62,845 nt of DNA, filler included, from Choristocarpus tenellus KU-1152 (GCA_964200185.2; 11 parts of 11 records of this genome joined end to end with filler, not necessarily neighbours in it), one strand, 5' to 3'. Positions 50,455 to 62,820 are shown, numbered from the whole stretch's first letter. Translations and numbers: made by a program. Notes: a model not told the origin generated them from the letters alone.

Positions 50455-53400
50455 ATGGTCTCACCAGGACAATGTGCGTCCATGACTGTGGTGGGATTGT
50501 TAGGTGTCTTGCCTGGTCTCGCTAAAGCTTGTTTTGTTTCCGAAGGGTCGCCAATTATTAGATACGCCTCTTCGAGTAATCGTCTGTACCTCGAGGGTGG
50601 AGGGTGCACGAACTTGACATCGATTTACAATGCAAGATTGGACACTTTAGGACCCAAGGGTCCTCTCTACTACTTCAACCTCGAAAAAAAGACTGTCTCG
50701 GACACATGGACTGGCACATGGTTCATTGACTCTGATGTCTTCATTGAAGGCGATTCCCTACTCGAGCTTACAGGATCGGACATTGGAGGGGACTGTGACA
50801 GACTTCTCATGGTAAGTCCTTCTAGCACACGCTCTTACAATGCCTAGTGACATGCCTCCTCTTTTTCGAGATTGAAAAAGAGGAAAAACGTTCCTCCACG
50901 ACCTCCTACCAGTACCGATACTCCTTTACTACATCCCCCACTTACCTCTCAGAAAAGCGATGACCAAGGGTTCATTCAGATTCGTGCTTACGGTGGACGG
51001 TTGCTCATTGAAAACACTGTGGTTACTTCGTGGGACATGAGTGCTATGGATGTAGACCACGATTATGAGGACGGGCGAAGGTATGTGTCGTTAGCACGAT
51101 GTTTCCAATCGATAATCAAGTTTACTGAAGTCGTATAGAGCAGGTGTTGATTGGTGGGCTATGACTTCCTTTCATTCGTAAAGCAATTTTTTGTATATCT
51201 TACGGACATCAGGTTCCATCTCTTTACATCTTCGCAATGCACTAGAAATTGTCTTGAAAGGTGTCTCCATCATTGAAGTGCTTTTTGATTTCTAATCCTG
51301 TTCGCGAACCTTTTGATATTTTCGTTGTGACTGATTCTATTAAAACAGCTATATCAGCGCCATCAGTGAGACACAGATGACTAACCCTGTAAATGGTTGC
51401 GATGGCATGGCACAAGTGACTAAGGGCGAGGCTCGAATGGATATTATCAAGAGTGAAATTGCATGTAAGTGGTGTATTGCAAGGTATTGACAGGTTTCGT
51501 TTTCCAACCCGCCCTCTGCACAGGATTTCGAATACATCAACTCCTCCAGATGTATGAACTACTGTGATGTTCAGGCTGGGTAGAGAATATTTTTCATCCT
51601 ACTAATTCCTTTTCTTGACCTTCTCTACGTATTAGAAAAGATTACATTCGTTTTAAAAGTCTAGCAGGGTCCAAATACTTTGTATTTCCCGCACAAGGTT
51701 GAAGTTCCCATGTACTTGAATACTGGTGTATGTGCTTGCTACACATGAATAATAGTTTCTGTACTAAACTTATATCTTCCGTTTGTTGCCAGTCCATGCT
51801 CTTAATAATAATCTCTTACATCAATTTGTGACACAGACCTTGGCTGGTACAATTCAGAATCCTACGGTATTGCGTACAAGGTTCGTGGACTCTGCAAGGA
51901 CCTCAGCAATGAGGATATCTTTGATCATGTAAGTATTGGTTTGAAAAAAATCGATAAATTAATGTTTTTTTAGATGCCAAGTATTGTTACAGCTTATTCA
52001 GGTTACGTTTCTAACAAAATGAACGTAGTTATTACAATGTGATGTTAAATGATACTAGGGTGTCAAGCCATCTCTTCACTATCATTGTGAATATTCTACT
52101 GAACTTAACTTTTCTCCATCTAAACTGCCAACATATTGTGCACGTTGTAAAACATAGGTTAAAGTAACAGGGGACATTCTCAACTCACACATCCACCACC
52201 TATACTTCGGGCATTACTCTTACGGGCACCAAGGTGGCAACTGGAGCTACAATGTTGTACACGACAATGTTGGCTACGGCTTTGATCCCCATGATGACAG
52301 TGACTATGTGACAATCAACAACAACCATGTGTTTAACAATGGGTGGCATGGGATCATTGCCTCAAAGCGTTGCGATCATGTCAGCATTAAGGTAAGATCT
52401 GAATTTTGAAGGTAAATCTGAATAGTGTCACCCCACATGTTGAGAACAGAAAGATCAGCATACATGTATTTAATGAGAATCAGATGCTGAAAGTTCGTCT
52501 ATTCTTCCCATTTGATGTTTTCAACTGAATCCCAGAACAACATCGTACACGACAATGGGTACAATGGGATCATGCTACACCGTTCCTGTAACTACTCTGT
52601 CATAACCAACAACACTGCCTTCGACAATGGTGACTCTGGTCTTGCACTGTATGAGAGTTCACATGTGCTAGTCAACGACAACTACTTCTATGGCAACAAA
52701 CGTGAGTTTGTTTTTCAATGTTTCAGCAGCACACTTTTTACCTGTTCCGCTTTCAAATGTGCCTCGAATCAAATAGTGATCCAAAAATGCTGTCTCGAAA
52801 ACTGAACAAAGTCGAACGTATACAGTGAAAAATACTCAGCTTGTGCAGGTGTACTTACGTTCTGCTTTGCTAGCCTAACCCCATCTATGTTGGATCCTAT
52901 GGTTTGCACATTTCAGATGGAATTCGGTGGAGCATGGGTTCTTCCTTCTCCAAGGTCTACGGCAACAAGATTTATGTTGCAGAGGGGGAGCATACTAGAT
53001 ACGGCCTTCTGATGTGTGAGTGATGTAGCAAAACTCGCATGGTATGGAAATGTTGATTTTCTTGGAAAAAGTATCAAACGATTCACAATTTACAACAGTT
53101 TTAGGTGGGTGAGGTGTGTTACCGACAAAATAAACCTTCTGACTTCCACCTTACCTTGTACATACAGATAGAGGAAATGATATTGTTGGAGTACCTGGGA
53201 CTTCTGGTCGCCCTAGGTCAAACTATATCTACAATAACTACGTCAACCACCAAGACCAGGCCTTCCTAATCTCACATGCTGACTGGAATGTGTTCGAGGT
53301 AACTATAAACATAGGTGTAAGATGAGTAAAGAATGTAGTATAATTTTATTTTTTCAGTCTTTTGTGGTTGTATCACTCACTACATTTTATTCAACTTTTA

Positions 53401-53624
53401 TTTTTGTATTGAATAATGCAATCTCTAAACCAACTGATACTGATCTTGCCTACTACATACCTCTTATCTTCTCACAGAACAATTCAATTGGAGGACAGTA
53501 TGGTGTGTTTGAGGATGCTAAGTACACGACGTACATTGGCAACCGTGGACACCCATATTTTGAGATCCGTACTGAGCAAGGTGCTTGCTTCACGGCAAAA
53601 TCTGGTCTGGAGCCTGTTTGCTAA
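50455..53624 (+). CDS. Mannuronan C5-epimerase (alginate epimerase, AlgG-like beta-helix), complete, 489 aa. Exons 50455-50811, 50953-51080, 51349-51464, 51837-51928, 52158-52391, 52536-52701, 52917-53015, 53168-53298, 53478-53624
   Basis: Nine exons sum to 1470 nt in frame. Hydrophobic N-terminus, IRYASSSNRLYLE, DYEDGRSYISAISE, GEARMDI, YLGWYNSESYGIAYKVRGLC, catalytic YGFDPHDDSD, HGIIASKRC, GIMLHRS. Confidence 0.95.
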
Positions 53625-54980
53625 GGAGCATCAGATTGAGGTCTTCCTAGACTTAGATGAATTGACTTGAAAAAGCTTGAGTTTCAATGTAGGAACTAGT
53701 TGTGACTGCTGATAACACTTGGACATCAACTGTGGAATGATCAGTCAAACTTTGCCTGAAGTTATATGGAGTTGTATTTTTTGTGGAAGCCTTGAGCATT
53801 ATTGATATTGTGGTTTTGTATGTTTTAAATTAAAACCATTGGCAAAGAGTGTAAAGCATTGTCATGATTGTGTTCACCTCAGAGGATGGGAACACTTGAC
53901 TAGCTTTGATCAAAGCAGTGTCTCAAGGGTTCTGTTAATCGTTGGTAAGTTTCTTTGTGTTGTTTTGCGTATTCAATCACTTGACTTCTGAACATTGTAG
54001 AGTAACAGTGGTTATAAATTGTTGGGTAAATGTTATTCGTGTGCCCTTGGGTATTGTTATTGCATTGAGCCCATGCACCCCTTATATTGGTTGTAAGCAG
54101 TTTGTACTACCTCTTTTGAAGGTTAAGGTTGTTTTACGACATTGTACTATATGGCAGTGGGGCATGTGAACATCAGGATTGCAAAATCTTGATTTCAATT
54201 GTTGCTGTTTTGTAGAGTTAGACCCTTTGCAAACTGTTACTCGTGTATTATATTGGAGTAAAGTAGATAAACCAATTGGAAAGTGTACCTTTTTTTTTGT
54301 AGGTAGTAGCAATTTTGAGAGGTGGAATAAGGTAGGCACAGTATATTCAAAAACGAATGATAAGTACCGGAAAAAAAATGAATATGTGTTCCTTACGTGA
54401 TGTTGAGGCTATCTATTCTTTGTCGTATAGAACATGTTGAATGTCTTGCCCTAGTATATTTAAGGTGAAGAGAGAAGGAAATCTATCAACACCTCAAGTA
54501 AAAGGTCGAGGATAGCAGTCAGTAAAAGGTGGAGAAAACTGGTATCAAGAAGAATAGGCCAAGGAGGGTTTTCTTCCAAACGAACGGGAGAAAGAGAATT
54601 TACGACTGTAAATTAAATAATGGACAGGTAGAAAGTCAGAATTTAGAGAAAAAACGAAATAAATTCAACAAACCGACTGTCTGTTGTGAAACCGTATCAA
54701 AATAAACATGGAATCATCTGCTCTTGTCATGTTATATGTATGCAGTACGGCAGGAAAAGTGAGCAGAATAAGCACACGCTCTTCGCCATTATTTTAATAT
54801 TTATCACCTTGAAAAGGAAGGAAAAAGAGAGACACCGATATCGAACATGCAAAATTGTGTTAAATGGACACGTCAGTTCAATTCTTACTACGTAGGACAG
54901 GATTATTGTGTGAGAAAAGGATAGGTGAGCCATGCAAAAGGATATATATCTGTCCAAAATTTGATTCCATCACATAGTAT

Positions 54981-55152
54981 GACTCAAAGTACCTGGCGGT
55001 AGAAGGCGGCTGTCCGTTTGGGGCCCACTTTTTCATGTCGAGATTTTTGGGTGGTTGGGTAGCAAGTGCAGAATAGACAATGAAAGTGCCCTTTTCCTTG
55101 TTAGGACCAATGCACACCCAGGTCTAACCCTCCCCTCCAGATACCTTGAGCC
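54981..55152. mobile_element. MITE family B, diverged full copy
   Basis: GACTCAAAGTACCT...AGATACCTTGAGCC; TSD not clean (gtat/aata). Confidence 0.88.
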
Positions 55153-55441
55153 AATATCCAACAATGTTCGATTTATATTGTATACAGCCCCTGTGTAAAC
55201 ATTAGGTTTATTAAGGAGAGCAGGGGTCTACACACACAGTCACCCCAGCCATTCCAATATATCAAACGTATTCCTTAAGAGCAAAAGCTGTTAGAGGCAG
55301 GAATGGTGAACACTTGCAGCACGACAAGCCGCACTACACTAAACCCAAGTCAAAATGATCAAATGTATATTCTACTACGTTTATGATACGTCCACTTGGC
55401 GGTATTGATCTCGACTGTAGGATGACGTGGCTATTCTGATT

Positions 55442-55619
55442 GACCCAAAGTATCTGGGGGGGGGGGGGTCTACGCCAGGGGTGCCCATTTTGGCCCAAAC
55501 CAGGAAAAGGGGGCTTACATTATACATCAGACATATGCAACCAAATCACCCAAAAATTGGGACATGAAGAAATTGACCCCAAATGGACAGCCGCCACCCC
55601 CCCCCAGATACTTTCAGCC
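55442..55619. mobile_element. MITE family B, full length, apparent 3-bp TSD ATT
   Basis: att|GACCCAAAGTATCTGGGG...CCCCAGATACTTTCAGCC|att. Confidence 0.93.
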
Positions 55620-56775
55620 ATTACATGGATTCGAGTTTGAATTGGGCTGGCGGTGGAAGAATTGAAGAATTAGGCATCAAAAAATTATATTACTTGACCC
55701 AGACCAATTATCAACACTTCCCTCGAAAGGAGAACAACAAAAAACGGAATCAACATCGTGTGTGTCGTCCTAGAGAACTCTTTACAAAAGGATGGTGAAG
55801 ATTTCAGGAAATCGAACAGTACCTTCATGAAAAGGGAACTGAATGAGAGAGTCTCTGATCCTTTCGATTCTGGATAATAATCACCGCCCTTAGAATATAT
55901 CTCGTCACACTCAAGTTCTCTCTTCCTCCTCTCCTCGACCTCCGTCAGTCAGTGCGAACACCTCTTGGTTCGAATCATTATGTCAGGTCTCTCTCAAGGC
56001 TTTCAGTTCATCCAGTTCCTCATGTGCCCATTTAAGTCTCCATCGTTAAATCGCTGTAAGGTGTGTCTGCAAAGATTTCACCCGGGAGGGCAGTTCGAGA
56101 CCAAAGTCTGGAGCCTCATGTAGTCGAAATCCTGTGGGAAGATTACGAAGGCTAGAAGGCTAGAAGGAAGTGTCATGAGGTCAATCAAATGCGGGTGTGG
56201 GCACTCGTGACAAGAACCTGTCTCAAAAGGTCTAGTGAATTGAACTGACTGGAAAGCGGACTGGACAACGACGTTCTACACATGAAGGAGACAGCCTGTT
56301 GGTAGGAATATAACTATCAAGAAGAAATTATACACTTTATTTTATAGTAGGCGTGAAGAGTGAAGTGGAGGATGCCCACACGATTACTTATCTAATACTA
56401 CGTTGACGTGTCATGAGGATTTCCTAGGAAGTATAGAAAATTTACGTCGGAGAGGATTTTCAAAAGGTAGGGATAAAATGTGAACCAATGTAAAAACGAC
56501 ACTTGATGCTTGAAAGAAAAATAATCGGTCTAAATCTATTATATTATAGGCATGTTCATGAAGTGTGATGTGTATATGTTGATTAGTGTATGCTCTAAAA
56601 ATAACGTTTTTTAAGAGTGCTGGTTCTACATCTAATTGTTCTCAAGTCTAAGACTACATTTCTAAGATTCTTGAACATGTTTATGTACACATAATATGAT
56701 ATCGTTGTGATTGTCAGGGACAGGTTCCTTTTTGGGATCTCCGACACACATTGTATGTATAAGACGCGCGGTCAG

Positions 56776-56875
56776 NNNNNNNNNNNNNNNNNNNNNNNNN
56801 NNNNNNNNNNNNNNNNNNNTTAATTAATTAANNNNNNNNNNNNNNNNNNNNNNNNNNNNNNNNNNNNNNNNNNNN
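56776..56875. other. Artificial contig spacer
   Basis: N44-TTAATTAATTAA-N44. Confidence 0.97.
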
Positions 56876-56904
56876 CGACCCCCCCCCCCCAGATACTTTG
56901 ACCC
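56876..56904. mobile_element. MITE family B terminus at contig start
   Basis: GAC(C)nAGATACTTTGACCC. Confidence 0.8.
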
Positions 56905-56949
56905 TGAACTATGGCACACACTTGCCCCTAAACGTGTTAACCACAGTAC

Positions 56950-58250
56950 AACCAAACATGCTTTCACATCAACCATTGTCTGCTCGAGTAAAACATATCA
57001 TCAGACCCAACAGAACAAACTCATCAGTGCTTTGTTGCACTACGATACCCTTCGCTACCTCGAACTAGCCACACCACAACAATGCATAACTCACATAATA
57101 CCAGGTTTCAACAGCCTCGACACAGAGCATGAATCTCCTCCTTTGGATGTAACAAGCAATACCCTACATCACTGTACCAGATAGCCTCTGTCACTAGGTT
57201 CATCAGCATGAATTCATCGGAGCTTTATTGCACCATAACCAACCGGTCACCATACAAGAGCACGATTAATTTAAATGCCAGGTTTCAACGTATGAGTCTC
57301 AACACCTAAGCGACACACATGACCTGGTCTTGTGCTACCTACCATACCTACCACCGTTCTCCCATCTTTACCACTAAAGATAAAGCTACTCCAGGACCAT
57401 GGACTGCACACTGAAGCCGTCCATGCTCTCCAGCGATGACTCCTCATGGGACACCTTTGCAATAACCTTTTGTGGGAATCTTGAGCTGAGTGGTGCCTCG
57501 GGCCCATCGGGTTCTGGTTCAGACCAACTCCTAACCATCCACCACCACATCCACATCTACCTATGAGGAAGGCGACAACCAGCTGCTCGGCCTATTCCTT
57601 GTCACCTGCCGCAGACCTGCCCAAGACCTTCTACATGGACTACAGCAGCACCACGAAACCAACCTTAAGGACAACCTCTCTTGCTTGGCATGCCCTGAAA
57701 ACCAAGGATAAGCCGGCCACTGAACAAGGGATGTGTGCTGTCCACCACTGGTTTTAACAGTGCACGATGGTAACCCACGAGGATCCTAGCCAGTGGCTCC
57801 TTCGACCCTACTGGGCCAAGGCTAGACCATCAACGACTTCTGCCTGCAGGTGAGTGAAAGTATCTTAGAGGGTACGAGTTTTGCCCTGTTTGTCCATTTG
57901 GGGCTTGACTTCCCATGAGTTTTTTAATAACGTTTCCCTACTCCAAAATATTTCGGAATAGGTAAAATGTTTACGTTGTGAAAAAGTGTGTCCGGAACAT
58001 GGATATTGACACTTCCTAACAAACACGAAGGTCAAAAATTACATCAAAATCGCAACATTGGATTTTCCTCCCAAATGGACACGACTCTACCCCCTAAGAT
58101 ACTTTGACTCAGGTGGCGCTCTTCTCCAGACGAGTTCTTCAAAATCAAGTACGCTTCCACTCTGCCAAAGCCCGTCCATTCCAACCACTGCCACCAGCAT
58201 GGCCATTATCAGTGCCAATGCCCCCATCGCCACATCACCCCCACTCTACC
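56950..58250 (+). mobile_element. Possible decayed LINE ORF2 remnant hosting a MITE
   Basis: C/A-rich coding-like strand bias, PFRYL-like remnant near 57048, many stops. No decisive motif. Confidence 0.35.
57852..58110. mobile_element. MITE family A, full length, TSD AGGT
   Basis: aggt|GAGTGAAAGTATCTTAG...CTAAGATACTTTGACTC|aggt. Confidence 0.96.
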
Positions 58251-58739
58251 AACTCCACCTAACACCCCCCTATCAGCCCCCTGCAACTCCCACATCCACC
58301 ACCACCCACACAGGCAACACATCTGTCACTGCCTCTGCTCCACTCAACGGGTGGGGCCAGGATTCCAATGGTCGCTATTCCTACTCCTCCATAATCATCC
58401 CCAAAAGCAATATGGCCTGAAGCCACTGCCACTGCCACTGCCACTCACCTTACCAACCTTCCACATTCTTTATATCACCAACCTACCCAAAATCGTCTGG
58501 CCTAAAGCCTTTGCCGCCCCCACTCGCCTTCCCAACCTTCTACACTCCAAACACCACTGAAATCCGCAAAAGCGCTCCTGGCTGAAGCCATTGCCACCCC
58601 CACTCACATCATCAACCTTTCAAATTCTTAACACCACCGACCCACCTAAAATACACCAACCTCAGTCACACCATCATGACAAGTCCAGTTGTCACGTTAA
58701 TGCCTCCACAGGTCATCAGCAGTTTCTAATGCAAGCGGG

Positions 58740-59510
58740 AGAAACCCCATGGACGCGGACCTGTCTTGCAAAGCTCTTTCTAGAAAAGGTTTGGCATGTA
58801 TGATTCTCAGAGGTCAAACGTTGTAGGGGCAGCTCATTCATGAAAGGTATGACTTGCATAACTTTGCGCAAGATACACTCGAGGTCAATGGGAAGTGGTC
58901 AACCCTCAGCCTAGAAACCTGCCCTAGTGTCCAGTTGCCAGAGTTCCCTCCTGTTTCTCCATTCAGCATCTTCATTGCTGGCATCCTCTCCACTACTGGA
59001 CTCTCATCAATCCAGAAAAAAAAACTCATTACCACCTTGTACCTCCATCCAAACAGGAGATATCTATCTCATTTTCCTATTTTACCCTCAATCAATCCAG
59101 GAGATAGATACATCATCAGCACCCCCCAGTTTCTGGACTGAAACCAGACCTGCCTTTCTAGTGCTCCAGTGGATATAGGAGGAAATACGCAGATGGGTTA
59201 CCCCCTTCTTGACTTCTTAACAGGGGAGAAATTGTTAGGGGGGTTTCAAGCACATGGTGTGAGCTGAGTACGTATCATCAACCCACTGGAAATTAAGCGG
59301 AATACCCTTCCCTTCAGAAATATAGTATGCATCACCCGTGCGCTCAATGGCGACCCCTTTGGCCGTACCGGTGGAGCATGAGGAGAGGAGGTTAAATGTA
59401 AGATCAGGGACAAGAGTGACAGACTCCAAAGTGGCATGTACTCACTCATCCTTATCTACTTGGAAACCTAGGTTAAGCATACCATGCCCCTCAATTGACG
59501 ATAACGTGCT
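58740..59510 (-). mobile_element. Decayed copia protease/GAG-pre-integrase remnant
   Basis: LESVTLVPDLTFNLLS matches the copia L..V..VP.L..NLLS motif; CQT...K remnant downstream. Confidence 0.6.
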
Positions 59511-59513
59511 ATT

Positions 59514-59699
59514 GGCTCAAAGTATCTGGGGGGGGTAGCGACTGTCCAATCGGGGCCCATTTTTACATGTCGCAATTTTGTGGTGATTTGGTTCCTTGCG
59601 TCGGACGGATAATGTAAGTGTGCACTGCACGTTTCCTGGTCCGGTCCTGAATGGACACCCCAGTGTAGATCCCCTCCCCCCCCCCAGGTACTTTGAGCC
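59514..59699. mobile_element. MITE family B, full length, TSD TATT
   Basis: tatt|GGCTCAAAGTATCTGGGG...CCCCAGGTACTTTGAGCC|tatt. Confidence 0.94.
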
Positions 59700-59734
59700 T
59701 ATTCGCGACTGTCATCTGGCGGCCATCACAACAG

Positions 59735-59834
59735 NNNNNNNNNNNNNNNNNNNNNNNNNNNNNNNNNNNNNNNNNNNNTTAATTAATTAANNNNNNNNNN
59801 NNNNNNNNNNNNNNNNNNNNNNNNNNNNNNNNNN
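59735..59834. other. Artificial contig spacer
   Basis: N44-TTAATTAATTAA-N44. Confidence 0.97.
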
Positions 59835-59875
59835 CCCTTGGGTAGCCCCCCCCCCCCTCCCAGATACTTTGGGTC
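59835..59875. mobile_element. MITE family B terminus at contig start
   Basis: GTAG(C)nTCCCAGATACTTTGGGTC. Confidence 0.85.
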
Positions 59876-60027
59876 ACAACTGGAGATAGGTGCGGACATT
59901 GTGCCAAATATTATAAAATGGTAGAACTTCCACTATGCAAAAGGTTCCGCTTTTGTGAGTGTCTGAGTCTGTCTTATTTAGTCCATGAAATGTCGCTGAC
60001 AATGGAATGACAGAATACTTGGACTTA

Positions 60028-60285
60028 GAGTCAAAGTATCTTAGAGGGTAGAGCTGCGTCCATTTGGAGGTAAAAATCCAATGTTGCGATTTTGATGTAA
60101 TTTTTGGCTATTGTGTTTGTTAGGAAATGCCAATATCCTTGTTCCGTACACACCTTCTCATAACGTATACATTTAACCTACTCCATAACATTTAGGAGTA
60201 GGAAAGTTTAATTAAAAACCCGTGGGAAGTCAAGTCCCCAACAGACAAACAGTGCAAACTCGTACCCTCTAAGATACTTTCACTC
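60028..60285. mobile_element. MITE family A, full length, TSD CTTA
   Basis: ctta|GAGTCAAAGTATCTTAGAGGGTA...TACCCTCTAAGATACTTTCACTC|ctta. Confidence 0.96.
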
Positions 60286-62196
60286 CTTAATGAGAAGAAA
60301 ATATGATAGGTGTTGGGTCATGGTCGAGATATCTTGACCGCTCACCGGGCAGACAAGGACGTTTTACTGTGCCTCTACTGCTGACAACACCTTCCCATAT
60401 CCGTGGAAACACCTCATATGTTTTACAGTTCTACATCGTGTGATGCGATCCACTCCACCAAATCAAGCATCCACACTTACACCAGTTACCAAGGCAATGA
60501 ACTAGCAATAAATCTGCAATAAACTGTATGCCTGTAAGGTTTGAGAAAGGGAAAGTTCGTTTTCTCAAACGAGGTCGCCTAATATTGAGAAGGGACTAGA
60601 AAGACAAATGACCAGGCCTACACGTAATGGGACTATGGGACTATGGTACTACAGGTAATCATTCGATGCTGGGGATGATCAACGATCAATATTCAAAATA
60701 GGATCATATCCATAATTCCGATGTATCAAAGCCCGGTCAACAGTTAAAGTACCCATCACCTGACATCTTTCTATTTAACCAGTTGGTACTAATTGTAGTA
60801 GTTCGGCTACTACTACACGATGCTTTTTTATAGTCCTCTCTATTGCAAACACATCACAATTTATTGGCAACTCAGCTGATATGACACATACTCCCCAACA
60901 CGTCGTTGTGTTCTTTTTATAAGAGGAGGTGCGTTTAGAGTTTAAAGAAATTATAATTTCACAGCCGATTTTCGGTAGGACACTCTAGGATCTGCGGTGT
61001 GCTGATTGGTCATGATTCATGTGGTATTTTTCGCTTTGATGCAGGTGTGTAGAATATCCCAAAATAGGCTCTTCAGTATTTGGTTGACTTTTGGGTGCAA
61101 ATATAAATAATAAAATGTAAACCCCAAATATTTTTGGTAAGATACAAAAATGGTGCAACTTCTAACAGTAATGATGGTTATGGGTGTTGGTTATATGGTG
61201 AGATAGGGTTGTCTCTCAATCGCTTCAATCTCGACTTTTGATCGACATCACATAGTAGTAGTGTGATATCGGTTGCACGGCATCTGATTCGAATGCACCC
61301 AACCTCGTTGCAAAATATCACATAGTAGGAGCTGTAATTAGTGGCGCACTTCATTGAAACCAGTTGGTCATACTACTATTGTTGTCATTACTATTATTAC
61401 TACTGTTGATCGTATGACTGTCATTTATCATTATCGCCGTTGTTAGAGTTCTCATTATCACTATAAATCTCATATATTCGATTTTGTTTTGCTCACGAAT
61501 TCTGGATTATTATTATTTTATTCTACATTTGTATTCCTCCCTATTCCCTTTTCTCCCCATATTATAACAACCCTTGTGATCAACTAGTGCGACCTCTTCG
61601 CCACTGATTTCCAGTCACCCCCCCTATCCGATGACCAAACAGTGCGACCCCTTTCGCCACTGATTTCCGGTCTCTGCCACCCCTTTCAACCCCACTCAAC
61701 CCCACTCAACCCCACACCAGTTACCACTTCAGTCAACCCCACCCCACTTACCACTCCACCTCACCATTGAACACCACTCAACACCACTCCACAATCATCC
61801 AAGAACCCCCCTTCATCATCCCCTTCATACCGTGCCTTTGAGCTAGAAGACATCTACCTCACCCGAACTTGACCTCCCTTCCCACCCTGAGATCCAAGTC
61901 GGTCGTGAGCAAGCAACAGGGCGGGTGGGCAGGAAAATTTGCCCGGGGTTCCTCTTGATCTAGCCTTCCTCGTCTTGTCCCCCAGCCTCAGGTTTCCTCA
62001 TTCGATTCAATACTGTTCATTCCTTCTCCCCTTGTGCCTCTGTCTGCCACCTATTTTCTTAACCACTCAATCTTAACTCTTCGTTCCCTCCTTAATACTA
62101 TTATTTCTTTACTGTCCCCTTCCTTTACCTGTGCCCCCAACCAACCAGAATTCTTCCGCCCACAAAACTTAGATTACTTCATAAACTTTCCCATTA

Positions 62197-62460
62197 GAGG
62201 CAAAGTATCTTAGAGGATAGAGCCCCGTCCATTTGGGGGTCAAAATCCCATGTTGCGAGATTGATGTAATTTTGGCTATCATGTTTGTTGATAAGTGTCA
62301 ATATCCTTGTTCCGGCCGGACACATCTTTTCATAACGTATACATCTTACCTACTCCGAAACGTTTCGGAGTTGGTAAATTGTCATAAAACCCCTAAGGGA
62401 AGCCAAGCCCCTATTTGGACGAACAAGGCAAAACTTGTACCCTCCAAGATACTTTCACTG
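62197..62460. mobile_element. MITE family A, full length, TSD ATTA
   Basis: atta|GAGGCAAAGTATCTTAGAGG...CCTCCAAGATACTTTCACTG|atta. Confidence 0.95.
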
Positions 62461-62820
62461 ATTATTATCATTAGTAGTAGTAGTTGTCGTGAGTCAAGGG
62501 TCCGATCAGTGGCGACCTGTCCTTAGGTTGAACCTCTCCACCGTCCTGCCTTGCTCAAATGAGCCTCCGAAGACCCCATCAACCAAACTAGTCAACGGAA
62601 TATCGGGGCTTCCCATTGATGTCCGACGTGGAAAATTATCTCTTTAGATTGTCGGCGTGAGTATCACTCTCTTGAGGCAAGGGTCAAACAGTCGTGGGGG
62701 GTGTTCAGAATCACCAGTTGTGTCAAGGTGGGATTGCTTCCAACTAACCCAAAGCCATCAAATCTTATGAGTAATTTTAACAGGATCTTGGATCCAATGG
62801 GTGATGTCACATCCTCGTGA

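Noticed and set aside
55960-55985. GGTTCGAATC tRNA T-loop-like motif
   Set aside because: No cloverleaf or A-box can be built around it
60028-60285. Assigning the MITEs to Transib/RAG because of spacer asymmetry
   Set aside because: No CAC terminus, no heptamer/nonamer match, and the TSD is 4 bp rather than 5 bp; the analogy is architectural only
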